41,850 nt of DNA from an uncultured Syntrophomonadaceae bacterium (GCA_964345455.1 CAYFRE010000004.1:1-41850), one strand, 5' to 3'. Positions 16,930-26,626 are shown, counted from the stretch's first letter. Numbers and translations: made by a program. The notes: a model not told the origin generated them from the letters alone.

Positions 16930-17613
16930 TTATTCGACACGCAGATCTGCCTGCGGCGGGAAAGGCGGCCACTCCGGCTCGAAATCCGGGCATTCCGCCT
17001 CCACCTGGGTGCAAAAGTCGGGTTCCGGGCAGAAACCGTAAGAGGGAACCAGCAGCTGCACCAGGGCCACCAGTTTAACCAGAATCAGCTTGCCGATACA
17101 GCAGGTCACCTCCTGCGGTCCCGAAACGAAGCACTCGAAACATTCGAGAAATACTTCACACTGGACAAAGAGCCTCTTGTCGAAGATGCGGTCGCTCAAG
17201 ATCACCGTTTTTTCAAAGAAAATCGGTGGACTGGTGAAAAACTTCTGTCCTGCCTGATCGATATAGGCAAAGCGGAAGCGGTACCAGAATGAAACCCTGG
17301 CGCGATTTGTGTTCGGAACCTTCTCGCAGGTAAAGGGGTGCTTCGCATCAATCACTAGTTCGGCATCAATACACCAGACATCCTCGATCTCGCCGACAGC
17401 GATATTGCTCAGATCGGTGACCTCTTCGTTGGTTTCAACCTTCTTGCAGGATTCGTAGACCTTCTCGGTTTTAATGCAGACGATCTCGATTCCTGTATCG
17501 ATATTAGGCACTCCCATTTCACCCAGTTCGGGCGGTACCGGGCGGCTGTAGAGCTCCCCGCTCTTTTTCCGCTGGTAGCCGGGATAACCGGTATCTTTAC
17601 TGCATCCCATCAT
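16930..17613 (-). CDS. uncharacterised cysteine-rich protein (about 227 aa), no family recognised
   Basis: Strong RBS (AAAGGAGGG at 17618-17626) before ATGATG at 17613. It has its own terminator. Fourteen Cys, including CEVFLECFECF, VTCC and CPEPDFCTQVEAECPDFEPEWPPFPP. The ORF-track start at 17688 is rejected. Confidence 0.65.
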   Translation of the reverse strand: MMGCSKDTGYPGYQRKKSGELYSRPVPPELGEMGVPNIDTGIEIVCIKTEKVYESCKKVETNEEVTDLSNIAVGEIEDVWCIDAELVIDAKHPFTCEKVPNTNRARVSFWYRFRFAYIDQAGQKFFTSPPIFFEKTVILSDRIFDKRLFVQCEVFLECFECFVSGPQEVTCCIGKLILVKLVALVQLLVPSYGFCPEPDFCTQVEAECPDFEPEWPPFPPQADLRVE

Positions 17614-17826
17614 CCAACCCTCCTTTACGCGTTGATAGATGAGCGATATACAAAAATCATCGGTTCTGCTCAATGACATAGTATGCATTCCGCTTCAGAA
17701 GGTGATATTGAAAAAGCTACAATAACTATGTTTTTTGGGTTCACCCGGCCCGGATTTACCGTTCGGGATGGTTACTTCTCAATTTTCTGGGCGGGGCATA
17801 TAGATTAAATAATCCGGATCAGGCGG

Positions 17827-19368
17827 GTGATGCTGATGCCTTTTCATCTTCAAGAGAGCTCCTTTCTGGAGGCTCCCTATCTGCTGGCTTCCACCGGTAA
17901 ACAGTATCTGATCAATCCCGGTCCAGGGGGAAAGCTGCTGCTGCAAAGGGGGACCGGTTCGGCATGGGATGAACCCCGTCCCCTCTCGCAACCTGGAGAG
18001 AGGTATTGTGCCGCCCTGGACAGAAACCGCCTGCCCCATCTGGCGGTCATGGATCGCGGCAACTTTTATCACCTCTTTCTCTCGCCGGAGCAGGAGAAAG
18101 AGACCGCAGTTTTATTTTACCGGGAAGAGAGCAAGGAGGGCAGCCATTTTTTGATGACCGGGCTTCACTTCATCTGCCTCGCGGTTGACCCTTCCGCGGA
18201 GCGCTGGTGGCTGCTGCACCACCGTTACTTCGGCGGCTCCTGGGAAGAACCGCGGGTGATCGACTTCGGCAGCGGCGCATCCGAAAATTACGGGGACCTG
18301 GCCGTCGACGCCCGCGACTCCCTGCACCTGGTCTATCGCATTGCCGGATCCGGCCAGGCCGGCCTTTACTATCGTTATTTTGATCCGGAAAACAGCCACT
18401 GGAGCAAAGCTATCCCTCTCACCGCCTCATCCCCCGTGGATTACCCTTCCATCGCCGTCGATCAGGAACAAAATCTACATGTGCTCTGGCGGACTCTTCT
18501 TGAAGGAAAGTACTATATCTGTTACCGGTTCAAGGGCGGACCCCGCTGGAAAGCAGGCGGGTGGAGGCCGGAAACTGTGATCTCCCCGGGCTTGACAGAC
18601 CCGCCCTTCCCTTTTATTTCGTACCACTTTGAGGAGTTGCTGATCGCCTGGCTGGAGAGCGGCAATCTATGGCGGTACCGTTTCAGCGGCGACCAGTGGG
18701 AGCGGATTGCGCCGCAACGCTTTGAAAATCCGCTCCTGATCCGCAGCAGCTCTTTCAGTCTCGAAGGAAGCCCGCTGAATTACTGGATCCTCGTGGAAGG
18801 CGGCGGGACAGCCGCCGGCGCGCCTCTCTCCAGCCTGTTGCCGGCGGCGGATGATAATCTGGACAGCGACTTCAACAGGCTGCACCGGTACTCCGGCAAG
18901 TTGTTCGGCCGCATCTCGGATCTGTCAACAGCGAAAGGACGACTGGAGGAAGAAGTTAAAACAAAGAGCAAAGAGATGCTCCACTTCTCCCGGCAAAGCG
19001 AGAAAACCATGCGCCAGCTGCGCAAGAACCTGGATGACAAAGATGCCGAGTTGAAAAAGCTGCAGAAAGATTTTGATCAGATCATCAAAAACATGAAGCA
19101 AAAAATTGAACAGGGCAATCAAACCAGGGAAGCGGAAAGAAGGCGCTATCTCGACGAACTGCAGGAGCTAAAAAAAGAGCGGAGGCAGATTGAAAAAATC
19201 TTGCAGGAAAAGGAGAAAACGATCTCCAGGCTGGAGGCGCGCATTCGAGAACAGCAGTACTGGATCGAAAAGCTCAACGAAGAGAACGAAACATTGATCG
19301 CCAAAACAGCCGGAGGCTGGAGCATAAGAAAGCTCTGGGAGCGGATCATCCTCCACAAAAAACCATGA
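17827..19368 (+). CDS. uncharacterised protein: N-terminal repeat (beta-propeller-like) region plus ~150-aa C-terminal coiled coil
   Basis: 513-aa ORF. Five or six repeats of the type ..AVD....LHLVYR......YY.YF.....W (aa ~60-340). After that comes a K/E/Q/R-rich heptad region (aa ~355-500). The start is ambiguous (GTG 17827, ATG 17830 or ATG 17836) and the RBS is weak. Confidence 0.65.
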   Translation: MMLMPFHLQESSFLEAPYLLASTGKQYLINPGPGGKLLLQRGTGSAWDEPRPLSQPGERYCAALDRNRLPHLAVMDRGNFYHLFLSPEQEKETAVLFYREESKEGSHFLMTGLHFICLAVDPSAERWWLLHHRYFGGSWEEPRVIDFGSGASENYGDLAVDARDSLHLVYRIAGSGQAGLYYRYFDPENSHWSKAIPLTASSPVDYPSIAVDQEQNLHVLWRTLLEGKYYICYRFKGGPRWKAGGWRPETVISPGLTDPPFPFISYHFEELLIAWLESGNLWRYRFSGDQWERIAPQRFENPLLIRSSSFSLEGSPLNYWILVEGGGTAAGAPLSSLLPAADDNLDSDFNRLHRYSGKLFGRISDLSTAKGRLEEEVKTKSKEMLHFSRQSEKTMRQLRKNLDDKDAELKKLQKDFDQIIKNMKQKIEQGNQTREAERRRYLDELQELKKERRQIEKILQEKEKTISRLEARIREQQYWIEKLNEENETLIAKTAGGWSIRKLWERIILHKKP

Positions 19369-19453
19369 GGTTGAGATCTCTCAAATGTTATAGTTTTTTA
19401 ACAAAGCGGTATAGCCAGATTGCCAGGTCAACGCTGGCAGGGAATCCTCCCGG

Positions 19454-19483
19454 TTGACATAATTATATTTTCCGGGTAATTAT
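19454..19483 (+). promoter_or_regulatory. candidate sigma-A promoter for the CAP-domain gene
   Basis: TTGACA (19454-19459), an 18-nt spacer, then AATTAT (19478-19483). It lies about 35 nt upstream of ATG 19519. Confidence 0.4.
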
Positions 19484-19518
19484 TAAAGAACAATAACATG
19501 TTTTAAAGGAGGATTCCC

Positions 19519-20373
19519 ATGACCGGACCTCGACAGTCCAAAAAACGTCTTACCATTTACCTGCTTACCGCGCTGCTGATTCTGACCCTGGCTTTTCCCA
19601 CCGCTGCCGGAGCCTATGTCTCCCGCTCGGCAGGAGAAGCCATCCCCGGCTACGGCATTGCCCGTTCACAACCGCAGTATCAGGGCAGCCTGCCGGCTCC
19701 CTCTCTCCCGTCTCCCCGGCCTGAAGAGACGGCTGACCCGGTAGAGCCTGCGCCCACCACGCCGGTATCACCGCCGTCACAACCGGCCTACAGCTTCAAT
19801 GGCAGTTCTTACGGCCGGGCCCGGTCGAGCAACCGGGGCTTTTACGATTGGACACCGCAGGCTCCTCCGTCAGATCCGGTTACGCCGCCGGCGCAGCCGG
19901 AACCCCCGGAGTTTCCGGAAAAACCGGTTGATCCTGAACCGCCTGCAACACCCGAACCGCCGCCTGCCGGCGGAGAAGCGGTAACCTTAAATCCGCAGGA
20001 ACGGCAGCTCTTTGACCTGGTCAACAGCGAAAGGGTGAAGCGGGGACTGGCTCCGCTGCAGCTGAATGCTCAGCTTACATACCTTGCCCGGCTGAAGAGC
20101 CAGGATATGTCCGATCTGAACTATTTTGCCCACGAATCTCCCACCTACGGCCGCTCCGGGGACATGCTCAGAAATGCAGGGGTCAAGTTCTCCCTGGCCG
20201 CGGAAAATATCGGCATGGGCGGCAGCATCAAAGCGATCTTTAACGCTTTCATGGACAGCTCGGGACACCGGAACAAGATCGTGAGCTCCCGTTACACCCA
20301 GACAGGAATCGGCGTAATCTACAAGCCGGGCCGGGGGTACCTGGTAACCCAGCTGTTTGTTTTACCCCGCTAA
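19519..20373 (+). CDS. secreted CAP/SCP (YkwD-like) domain protein with Pro-rich linker
   Basis: Signal peptide LTIYLLTALLILTLAFPTAAGA, a P/T/E-rich low-complexity linker, and a C-terminal CAP domain (E..L..L.N.ER...GL.PL......L...A..KS.DM....YF.H.SP.YG...........ENI..G.....F...M.S.GHR.NI). AGGAGG RBS. Confidence 0.85.
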   Translation: MTGPRQSKKRLTIYLLTALLILTLAFPTAAGAYVSRSAGEAIPGYGIARSQPQYQGSLPAPSLPSPRPEETADPVEPAPTTPVSPPSQPAYSFNGSSYGRARSSNRGFYDWTPQAPPSDPVTPPAQPEPPEFPEKPVDPEPPATPEPPPAGGEAVTLNPQERQLFDLVNSERVKRGLAPLQLNAQLTYLARLKSQDMSDLNYFAHESPTYGRSGDMLRNAGVKFSLAAENIGMGGSIKAIFNAFMDSSGHRNKIVSSRYTQTGIGVIYKPGRGYLVTQLFVLPR

Positions 20374-20532
20374 AGCGGGACCACAGTGCCGGCAACAACA
20401 CCCCCTCCCCGATTCCGATTCCCCCCTCCAGGAAGGGAGAATCCCGGGACCACAGAGGGTTGGTAGAGGGGGCCTGCGTTTTCTTTCACCTTTCATCACC
20501 CGGTTTCATATGCTGATTCCGGGTGATCGATT

Positions 20533-21510
20533 TTGCGTGTCCTGATGTTAAGCCGCTTCCGTTACAGCGGGATGATGAGCCATATCTTCAGCCTCGCTGC
20601 CGGGCTAAACCGGCAGGATGTCAAAACGGTAGTGGTAATCACAGATTGCCCTCCCGGTTTCCTGGAACCGCTGCGCCGTTACCAGAAACTTTTTCCCTGT
20701 TTCGCTGAAAACCGGCCGGAGAACATTTTGCAGCTGGCTCGCCATTACCGCTTTGACCTGCTGCACCTTCACGATCTCTCTCTGGTGAGAACGGCGCAAA
20801 GACTGCTCCGTTCTCTGCGGATCCCCTGCGGCATCACCCTGCATGAAGAGCCGAATCCGGCGGTCAACCTCGCTTCGTTGCCCGGTCTTTCTTTTCTGAT
20901 CACGCCGTACCCGGCAGCAACGGGAATCCATGCCGGATTGCGCCAAAAGCTGGTCTTTATTCCGGAAGGGGTGGCCCTGGAAACATACCGGCCTGCCCCG
21001 AAGGAAGGCTTCAAAGTAACCTTTATTGGAGAAAAAGGCGGCTTCACCGGCGAGGGGGCCACGGCGCTGCTTAAAGCCGCGGGGTTGGCCGGCCTTGAAC
21101 TGGAGCTGATCTGCCCGGAGCAGCTTCCCTTGCTCAAAGGTCATTATTACGGCTGGCAGCTAGATAGCTCCCCGGTGCTCTCCGGATCGCAAGTGGTAAT
21201 TGGACGGTTCCGGGGGCTGCTGGAGGGGATGGCCTGTGGAAACGCCGCCCTGATCATGGGGCGAAGCTATCGAGGCATGTTTGATCCTTCGCAGTATCCG
21301 GCGGGAGTTTCTTTCCCGGATCTCTCCGGTGAAGGAGCTGATCCGCCTTGCTACCGCACAATCTTCTTCGACCTCTCCAACCTGCTGAAAGATCGCCCCC
21401 TTCTCGAATCAATGCAGCAGCAAGGTCGTAAATTCATCCGGGAAAATTGCGAACTGCGGCTGATTGCCGAGCATACTCAGCGCCTCTACCGCCGGGTTAC
21501 CGGAAAATAA
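20533..21510 (+). CDS. glycosyltransferase-like protein (GT-B fold, GT4-like; divergent)
   Basis: The N-terminus MRVLMLSRFRYSGMMSHIFSLAAGL......V.VIT resembles a GT4 N-domain. LLEGMACGNA resembles the donor-binding helix, but I cannot see a clear E-x7-E motif. TTG start with only a GGTGA RBS. Confidence 0.55.
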   Translation: MRVLMLSRFRYSGMMSHIFSLAAGLNRQDVKTVVVITDCPPGFLEPLRRYQKLFPCFAENRPENILQLARHYRFDLLHLHDLSLVRTAQRLLRSLRIPCGITLHEEPNPAVNLASLPGLSFLITPYPAATGIHAGLRQKLVFIPEGVALETYRPAPKEGFKVTFIGEKGGFTGEGATALLKAAGLAGLELELICPEQLPLLKGHYYGWQLDSSPVLSGSQVVIGRFRGLLEGMACGNAALIMGRSYRGMFDPSQYPAGVSFPDLSGEGADPPCYRTIFFDLSNLLKDRPLLESMQQQGRKFIRENCELRLIAEHTQRLYRRVTGK

Positions 21511-21528
21511 AGTTGCGGCGAACCGTCT

Positions 21529-22230
21529 TTAGCCGGCGGTATCAACCTGAAACAAAACTGCTTCAAGCGTGGGATTTAGCTGCAGCAGCTCAAAAACAGT
21601 GACCTGGGTCAGGCGGCCGGCGATATCAAAACTTTCAATCCGTACCGGTAACAGAGTTCTTTTCTCCAACCAAACCCTCTCGCTGACCCGGTAGCGGTGC
21701 GGCTCAGAAGGGACAACTTCAACCTGATAGTAGTTATGTCGCGAACCGCTCTCTTCACTCAAGTAGTCAAAGCAGGTAGCCTCGCTGATCGAGCGCCAGT
21801 AATCCTCGAGAGAGGAAGCGGTAATTCCCTCATCGGTCAGTTCGCCTGCCGGCAGAAACTCACCGCCTTCAGGATCGTATAGATACACCCCGTCGCCATC
21901 ACCGATAACCACCTCCAGATTGCTCTGCCGTCCTGCCTCATATGTGGTCATCTCGAGGCGGTAGCGATCGGGAAGCTCTTTCCAGATTTCAACGCTGTAA
22001 GTGGTTTCGGCATTCCTGCCGGCAGGAATCGTTTTGAAACGGGCATGGTAGCTCACCAGTCCGGAGATCTTTTCCTGCATGCGCTTCCGGATCTCCTCCG
22101 CCGGGCCGGTGTGGCGGCCGGTATGATAAAGGCGCCATCCGCCGAAACCAAGGCCGCAGAGCAGGCCCAGCAGCAACAAAATCAGCAGAGGCAGCCGGCA
22201 GACCAGGAAAACCCCCCTAGGCGCGGACAT
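21529..22230 (-). CDS. membrane-anchored LolA/RseB-like (outer membrane lipoprotein-sorting/DUF4367-type) protein
   Basis: N-terminal TM anchor LPLLILLLLGLLCGLGF. The body has the pattern ...Y.A.F.........Y.VEIW...PDRYR.E.........VV..DG...Y.YDP... typical of LolA-like beta-half-barrels. GGAGGAGGG RBS. Confidence 0.55.
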   Translation of the reverse strand: MSAPRGVFLVCRLPLLILLLLGLLCGLGFGGWRLYHTGRHTGPAEEIRKRMQEKISGLVSYHARFKTIPAGRNAETTYSVEIWKELPDRYRLEMTTYEAGRQSNLEVVIGDGDGVYLYDPEGGEFLPAGELTDEGITASSLEDYWRSISEATCFDYLSEESGSRHNYYQVEVVPSEPHRYRVSERVWLEKRTLLPVRIESFDIAGRLTQVTVFELLQLNPTLEAVLFQVDTAG

Positions 22231-22292
22231 GGGAGCCCTCCTCCAGGATGATCTTTTTTACCTGCAAAATGCCTACCCCCTCGCAAACTGAT

Positions 22293-23891
22293 TCAAACCG
22301 GCCTGAGCTTGCGGTTATACGGGCCCCAGGAAGAGGTGGCCGTAATTTCTTGCTCCAGGTGCTGAAATGCCGCCGGGAAGCGGGCCAGGATATCTCCCGC
22401 CATGGCGCCGCGCCCTTTCGGAAGCAGGTCGCCCGCCAGGCCGTGAATATATACCGCCGCCACGGCGGCGCCAAAGGGCGGCATCCCCTGGGCAATCAAC
22501 GAAGCAATCAGCCCGGTAAGCAGATCTCCCGTCCCGGCCGTAGCCAGAGCCGGTCCACCGGTGGGATTAAAATAGATCTCCCCGCCGGGAGAAGCGATGA
22601 CCGTTCCGGCTCCTTTCAATACGATAATAGATCTCCACTCCTGAGCCAGCCGGCGGGCCAGCTCCGGACGGGACCGCTGGACCTCGCCCGGGCTTAGCCC
22701 GGTCAACCTGGCCATCTCGCCGGGGTGCGGGGTCAACAGGGGTGTCTGCGGCGCCGCCCGCAACAGCGCCATCCGCTCTGCTTCCGGTAGCAGCGCCAGC
22801 GCCCCCAGAGCTCCGGCATCGAGCACCAGCGGGAGAGAGCAGCGCTGAAGCAGCTGCTCCAGAAGGGAGGCATTCTCTCTCACCGGCGCCAGGCCGGGCC
22901 CCACTGCCAGCACATCGCATCCACCGGCTTTTTCAACAAGCAGCTCCGCCGCCTGCAGGTCGATCAAGCCGCGCGCACACTCTGGAAGCGGGACCGTGAT
23001 CACCTCGCACAGCTGCCCTTCCAGCGCGGGACAGATCGAGGCAGGAGCAGCCAGGTAAATAAGTCCGGCGCCGCCGCGGAGCGCCGCTTCAGAGGCCAGG
23101 GCTGCGGCACCGCTCATCCCCACCGAACCGGCAGTGATCAGCACTCGGCCGAAGTTCCCTTTATGCGCCTCCGGCGGGCGAGGCGGCAGCAATTCACGGA
23201 CCCGCTGCGCTGTGGTCAACGAAGCCTGCTCTTCCGCTGCCAGGAATGAAGGGATATTGATCTCCCCGATAATCACCTCGCCGGCCAGATCCGCGCCCGG
23301 ATACTGCAGCAGGCCCGGCTTCGGAAAGGCAAAGGTGACCGTCCAGCGCGCCTTCACGGCGCATCCCATCACCTTTCCGCTATCGGCCTGCACTCCTGAA
23401 GGAAGATCAACCGCCAGTACCGGAACGCCGCCGGTATTAACGGCCTTGATGACCCCGGCGGGCAGCCCCTCCACCGGCCGGTCCAGACCCATGCCAAAGA
23501 GAGCATCGACCACCAGATCAACCCCGCCCAGAGCGGCCTGGAACTGCCCCAACGCCTCATAGTCCAGTATATGCTTGATCTGAAACCCTCTATGCCTTAA
23601 AAATTGATAGTTGACCGCTGCATCGCCCCGGTAGCCGCCCGGCGGCACCGTGGTCCAGAGGGAAACATCCCGCCCCGCCTGCTGCAGCAGGCGGGCGATG
23701 ACCAGCCCGTCCCCCCCGTTGTTCCCCGGTCCCGCCACAACCAGCACCCGCGCCGGGGCAGGCTGAAGAGACAAAATCACCTCCGCCACCCTCATCCCGG
23801 CGCTCTCCATCAGCACTGCCCCGGGAAAGCCGAGCTCCTCGATCGTACGCCGGTCCGCCTCGCGCATTGCCGTAGATGTTAATACCTTCAT
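22293..23891 (-). CDS. nnr: bifunctional NAD(P)H-hydrate repair enzyme (epimerase / ADP-dependent dehydratase)
   Basis: An N-terminal YjeF-N domain (GPGNNGGDG) is fused to a C-terminal carbohydrate-kinase-like YjeF-C domain (GTGD.L.G). 532 aa. Confidence 0.9.
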   Translation of the reverse strand: MKVLTSTAMREADRRTIEELGFPGAVLMESAGMRVAEVILSLQPAPARVLVVAGPGNNGGDGLVIARLLQQAGRDVSLWTTVPPGGYRGDAAVNYQFLRHRGFQIKHILDYEALGQFQAALGGVDLVVDALFGMGLDRPVEGLPAGVIKAVNTGGVPVLAVDLPSGVQADSGKVMGCAVKARWTVTFAFPKPGLLQYPGADLAGEVIIGEINIPSFLAAEEQASLTTAQRVRELLPPRPPEAHKGNFGRVLITAGSVGMSGAAALASEAALRGGAGLIYLAAPASICPALEGQLCEVITVPLPECARGLIDLQAAELLVEKAGGCDVLAVGPGLAPVRENASLLEQLLQRCSLPLVLDAGALGALALLPEAERMALLRAAPQTPLLTPHPGEMARLTGLSPGEVQRSRPELARRLAQEWRSIIVLKGAGTVIASPGGEIYFNPTGGPALATAGTGDLLTGLIASLIAQGMPPFGAAVAAVYIHGLAGDLLPKGRGAMAGDILARFPAAFQHLEQEITATSSWGPYNRKLRPV

Positions 23892-24127
23892 TTAATTTCA
23901 CCTCATTTGCTGTAACAGGGCCGAGCGGAACACCGGGGACGGTTCCGTTTTCCCGATTTGACCTGTTAACATTTGCATGATCTTACCTATTCTCATTCTC
24001 TGCTTTTTTTTATTTTCCTCTTATCAGACCAGGTCTATCTGAATCTGGTATTTTTTTGGGAGGCAGGAGCGGGCTCACAATCTGTCGAAAACTGTATGCA
24101 TTAAACTGCAGGCAAAGGGGTGGGCAG

Positions 24128-25219
24128 ATGAACAGTAGATTGAAAGCCTGGTGGCAAAAATTCAGGTTTCGGATGGTGCTCCTGCCGGTTGTGCTGTTTC
24201 TTGCATTTACGCTGCTGGTATCTTGCAGCAGTTCCGGAAACAGCACCGGGGAGCCTCCCGGAGAAGATGAGAATCCCGGAAACGGGAATCAGGGCGGTTC
24301 TGAAAACCCGGGCGAGGAGATCGATTACCGGGCTCTCGGCGTTAACGAGGGGGGCCGGATCATGATCCTGATGTACCACGAAATCGGTGAGCCCGAGGCC
24401 GAATTCTGCCGCACTCCCGCCAATTTCCGCAAAGACCTGGAGTCGCTCTACGAGGCCGGATACCGCCTTATCTCGATGAACAACCTGCTCGACGGCCATA
24501 TCGATGTCCCCGCGGGCTGCTCTCCGGTAGCGCTTACCTTCGACGACGGCACCGCCGGGCAGTTCCGTTATATGGAAGAAGACGGCCGCCAGGTGATCGA
24601 CCCCGACTGCGCCGTCGCCATCCTCGAAGAATTTTACGAAGCACACCCCGATTTCGGACTCGCAGCGACCTTTTACATATATTACGATAATCCGTTCAGG
24701 CAGTATGAGTATGTCCAGCAGAAGCTCGAATACCTGGTTGAAAAAGGTTTTGAGATCGGCAACCACTGCTACACACACGGCGTCCTGAGCAAACTCTCCC
24801 CGGAAGAGGCCCGCCGCGAACTGGCGCTGCACGTGAAGCGGACGCAGGAATACCTGCCGGGCTGCACCGTGCGCAGCCTGGCCTTGCCCAAAGGAGAACG
24901 CCCCGAAAAGATGAGCCATGTTATTAAAGGATGCTTTGAAGATACCGCTTACCACAACGAAGGGATCCTTTTGGTCGGCGCCGAGCCCGCCCCCTCCCCG
25001 TTCAGCATTAAATTTGACCCGGCGGCGCTGCCACGTGTTCGGGCCAGCGAGATGTATGTCGATGGGTACGGGCTCTACGATTGGCTGGAGCGGCTCCACG
25101 ATAATCCGGAAATACGCTATATCTCGGACGGCGACCCCGCCACGGTGGTGGTTCCTGAAGAGCTCGCCGAACAGGTAGACCGTTTCCGCCTGGAAGATAA
25201 AACCCTGATCCCTTACTAG
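24128..25219 (+). CDS. polysaccharide deacetylase (NodB homology domain) lipoprotein
   Basis: Start is ATG 24128 (AAAGGGG RBS). Lipobox LLVSC follows a hydrophobic signal. NodB motifs LTFDDG and GNHCYTHG are present. The ORF-track start at 24056 is rejected. Confidence 0.85.
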   Translation: MNSRLKAWWQKFRFRMVLLPVVLFLAFTLLVSCSSSGNSTGEPPGEDENPGNGNQGGSENPGEEIDYRALGVNEGGRIMILMYHEIGEPEAEFCRTPANFRKDLESLYEAGYRLISMNNLLDGHIDVPAGCSPVALTFDDGTAGQFRYMEEDGRQVIDPDCAVAILEEFYEAHPDFGLAATFYIYYDNPFRQYEYVQQKLEYLVEKGFEIGNHCYTHGVLSKLSPEEARRELALHVKRTQEYLPGCTVRSLALPKGERPEKMSHVIKGCFEDTAYHNEGILLVGAEPAPSPFSIKFDPAALPRVRASEMYVDGYGLYDWLERLHDNPEIRYISDGDPATVVVPEELAEQVDRFRLEDKTLIPY

Positions 25220-25225
25220 ACCAGG

Positions 25226-25266
25226 AGTAAGTGAATTTAAGTGCCCGGCGCCAAAATTCACTTACT
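25226..25266. terminator. 13-bp inverted repeat between the convergent deacetylase and gpr genes (likely bidirectional terminator)
   Basis: AGTAAGTGAATTT (25226-25238) pairs with AAATTCACTTACT (25254-25266) across a 15-nt loop. It overlaps the gpr stop codon. Confidence 0.5.
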
Positions 25267-26281
25267 GGAGGTATTTTTCGCCGCCTTCGCTGTGCACGCG
25301 GGGGTGAAGGGCCGAGTTAAGGCCACCCGAGATGATATAGGCCATGTCCTCGATGAAGGTGTCGGTCTCTTTCGGCGTGACCATAAGGCGGCCGCCTGCG
25401 TAAGGCTCGAGCACCTCGGTAATGAGCATGCGGCGCCTATCCCAATCAAAATCTTTGAGCGCATTGGTCAGGGCGAACCCCCGCGCGTCCTTTTTGAAAT
25501 GATCCGCCAGGGCATCGAAGGCTTCACCGGCAATCGTGGAGGCGTCCACCACCGTGGGCACGCCGATAGCTACAACGGGAACCCCGACCGTTTGGCGGTT
25601 GATCCCGAGACGGTTATTGCCCACTCCCGAACCGGGGCTGATCCCCGAGTCGGCTACCTGGATGGTCGTATGAAGCCGCTCCAGGCGGCGGGCGGCAAGG
25701 GCATCGATCACGATAACGAAGCTGGGTTTAACCATTTTGACCAGCGCGGCAATGATCTCTCCTGTTTCCATTCCGGTAGTCCCGAGAACACCCGGTGAGA
25801 GTGCACAGACCGCCCGGAAACCTTCTCCCAGGATCTTTTGGCCCTTCGTCATCGCGTGCCGCGTCACCAGAAGATCTTCAATTACCTTCGGCCCTAAAGA
25901 ATCCGGGGTCACATTCCAGTTCCCCAACCCCACCACCAAAACTGCCTGATTGAGATCGGAGGGGAGATCCAGAAAGCTTACCAGTTCACGGGCCAAAATT
26001 TCGGAAACGCGGTCCTGGAGATCCGCATCTTTGCGCCGAAGGCCGGGAACTTCAAAGGTAAGATAACGGCCCCTGCTCTTACCAAGCTGCTGCGCCGCCT
26101 GATCTGTCTCAACCTGAAGCCGGTTGATGGCGATGCCGTTTTCCTGAAGTTTTTCCGAAACCACACCGGGAATCTCTGCTGCAGTTTGGCTTTGGACAAT
26201 CTCCTGCGCTTCCAGAGCCAGGTCGGTTCTGATATTGTAGAGCGGTACAAAACCCGCTCTCTGCTCCGGTTGTAAGGACAT
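25262..26281 (-). CDS. gpr: germination protease (spore SASP endopeptidase)
   Basis: N-terminal ..RTDLA.EA motif, the GPR family layout, and the conserved position next to rpsT as in Bacillus. AAGGAG RBS. Confidence 0.9.
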   Translation of the reverse strand: MSLQPEQRAGFVPLYNIRTDLALEAQEIVQSQTAAEIPGVVSEKLQENGIAINRLQVETDQAAQQLGKSRGRYLTFEVPGLRRKDADLQDRVSEILARELVSFLDLPSDLNQAVLVVGLGNWNVTPDSLGPKVIEDLLVTRHAMTKGQKILGEGFRAVCALSPGVLGTTGMETGEIIAALVKMVKPSFVIVIDALAARRLERLHTTIQVADSGISPGSGVGNNRLGINRQTVGVPVVAIGVPTVVDASTIAGEAFDALADHFKKDARGFALTNALKDFDWDRRRMLITEVLEPYAGGRLMVTPKETDTFIEDMAYIISGGLNSALHPRVHSEGGEKYLQ

Positions 26282-26299
26282 TACTTTGCTCCTTCCAGG

Positions 26300-26626
26300 C
26301 TAGCGTAGTTCGGTAGGGACAAAAAGGTCGACAATACCGATGATCACCGCAGCGAGCGCCGCCCCGAGAAAAGAGACGGTCATACCCGGGACGATAAACT
26401 GCGCAACATAAATAACTATCGTGGCGGTGATGAAGCCGACCAGGCCGCGGTTTTGCGGTGAGATCTTTCGTCCGAACAGGCTTTCGACGATAAAACCGAG
26501 CAGGGCAATCACCACCGCCGCAATCAAGGCATGCACGAAGGTAAGCGTGGCAAACCCCGGCAGGAGCCAGCTTACCAGCATCAGCACCACCGCAGATACA
26601 ATCAAGCGAACGATCAAACCAAGCAT
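26300..26626 (-). CDS. DUF360 / phage-holin-4-like small membrane protein (YvlD-type)
   Basis: 108 aa with four hydrophobic segments. N-terminus L..R.IV.A..L.L..W.LPG. AGGAGG RBS. Confidence 0.75.
   Translation of the reverse strand: MLGLIVRLIVSAVVLMLVSWLLPGFATLTFVHALIAAVVIALLGFIVESLFGRKISPQNRGLVGFITATIVIYVAQFIVPGMTVSFLGAALAAVIIGIVDLFVPTELR

Noticed and set aside
23930-23965. Terminator-like hairpin CGGAAC-N10-GTTCCG followed by TTTT on the plus strand, upstream of nnr
   Set aside because: No plus-strand gene ends here. It lies in the nnr 5' UTR / divergent region and is weak (6 bp). Recorded only as a possible UTR structure.
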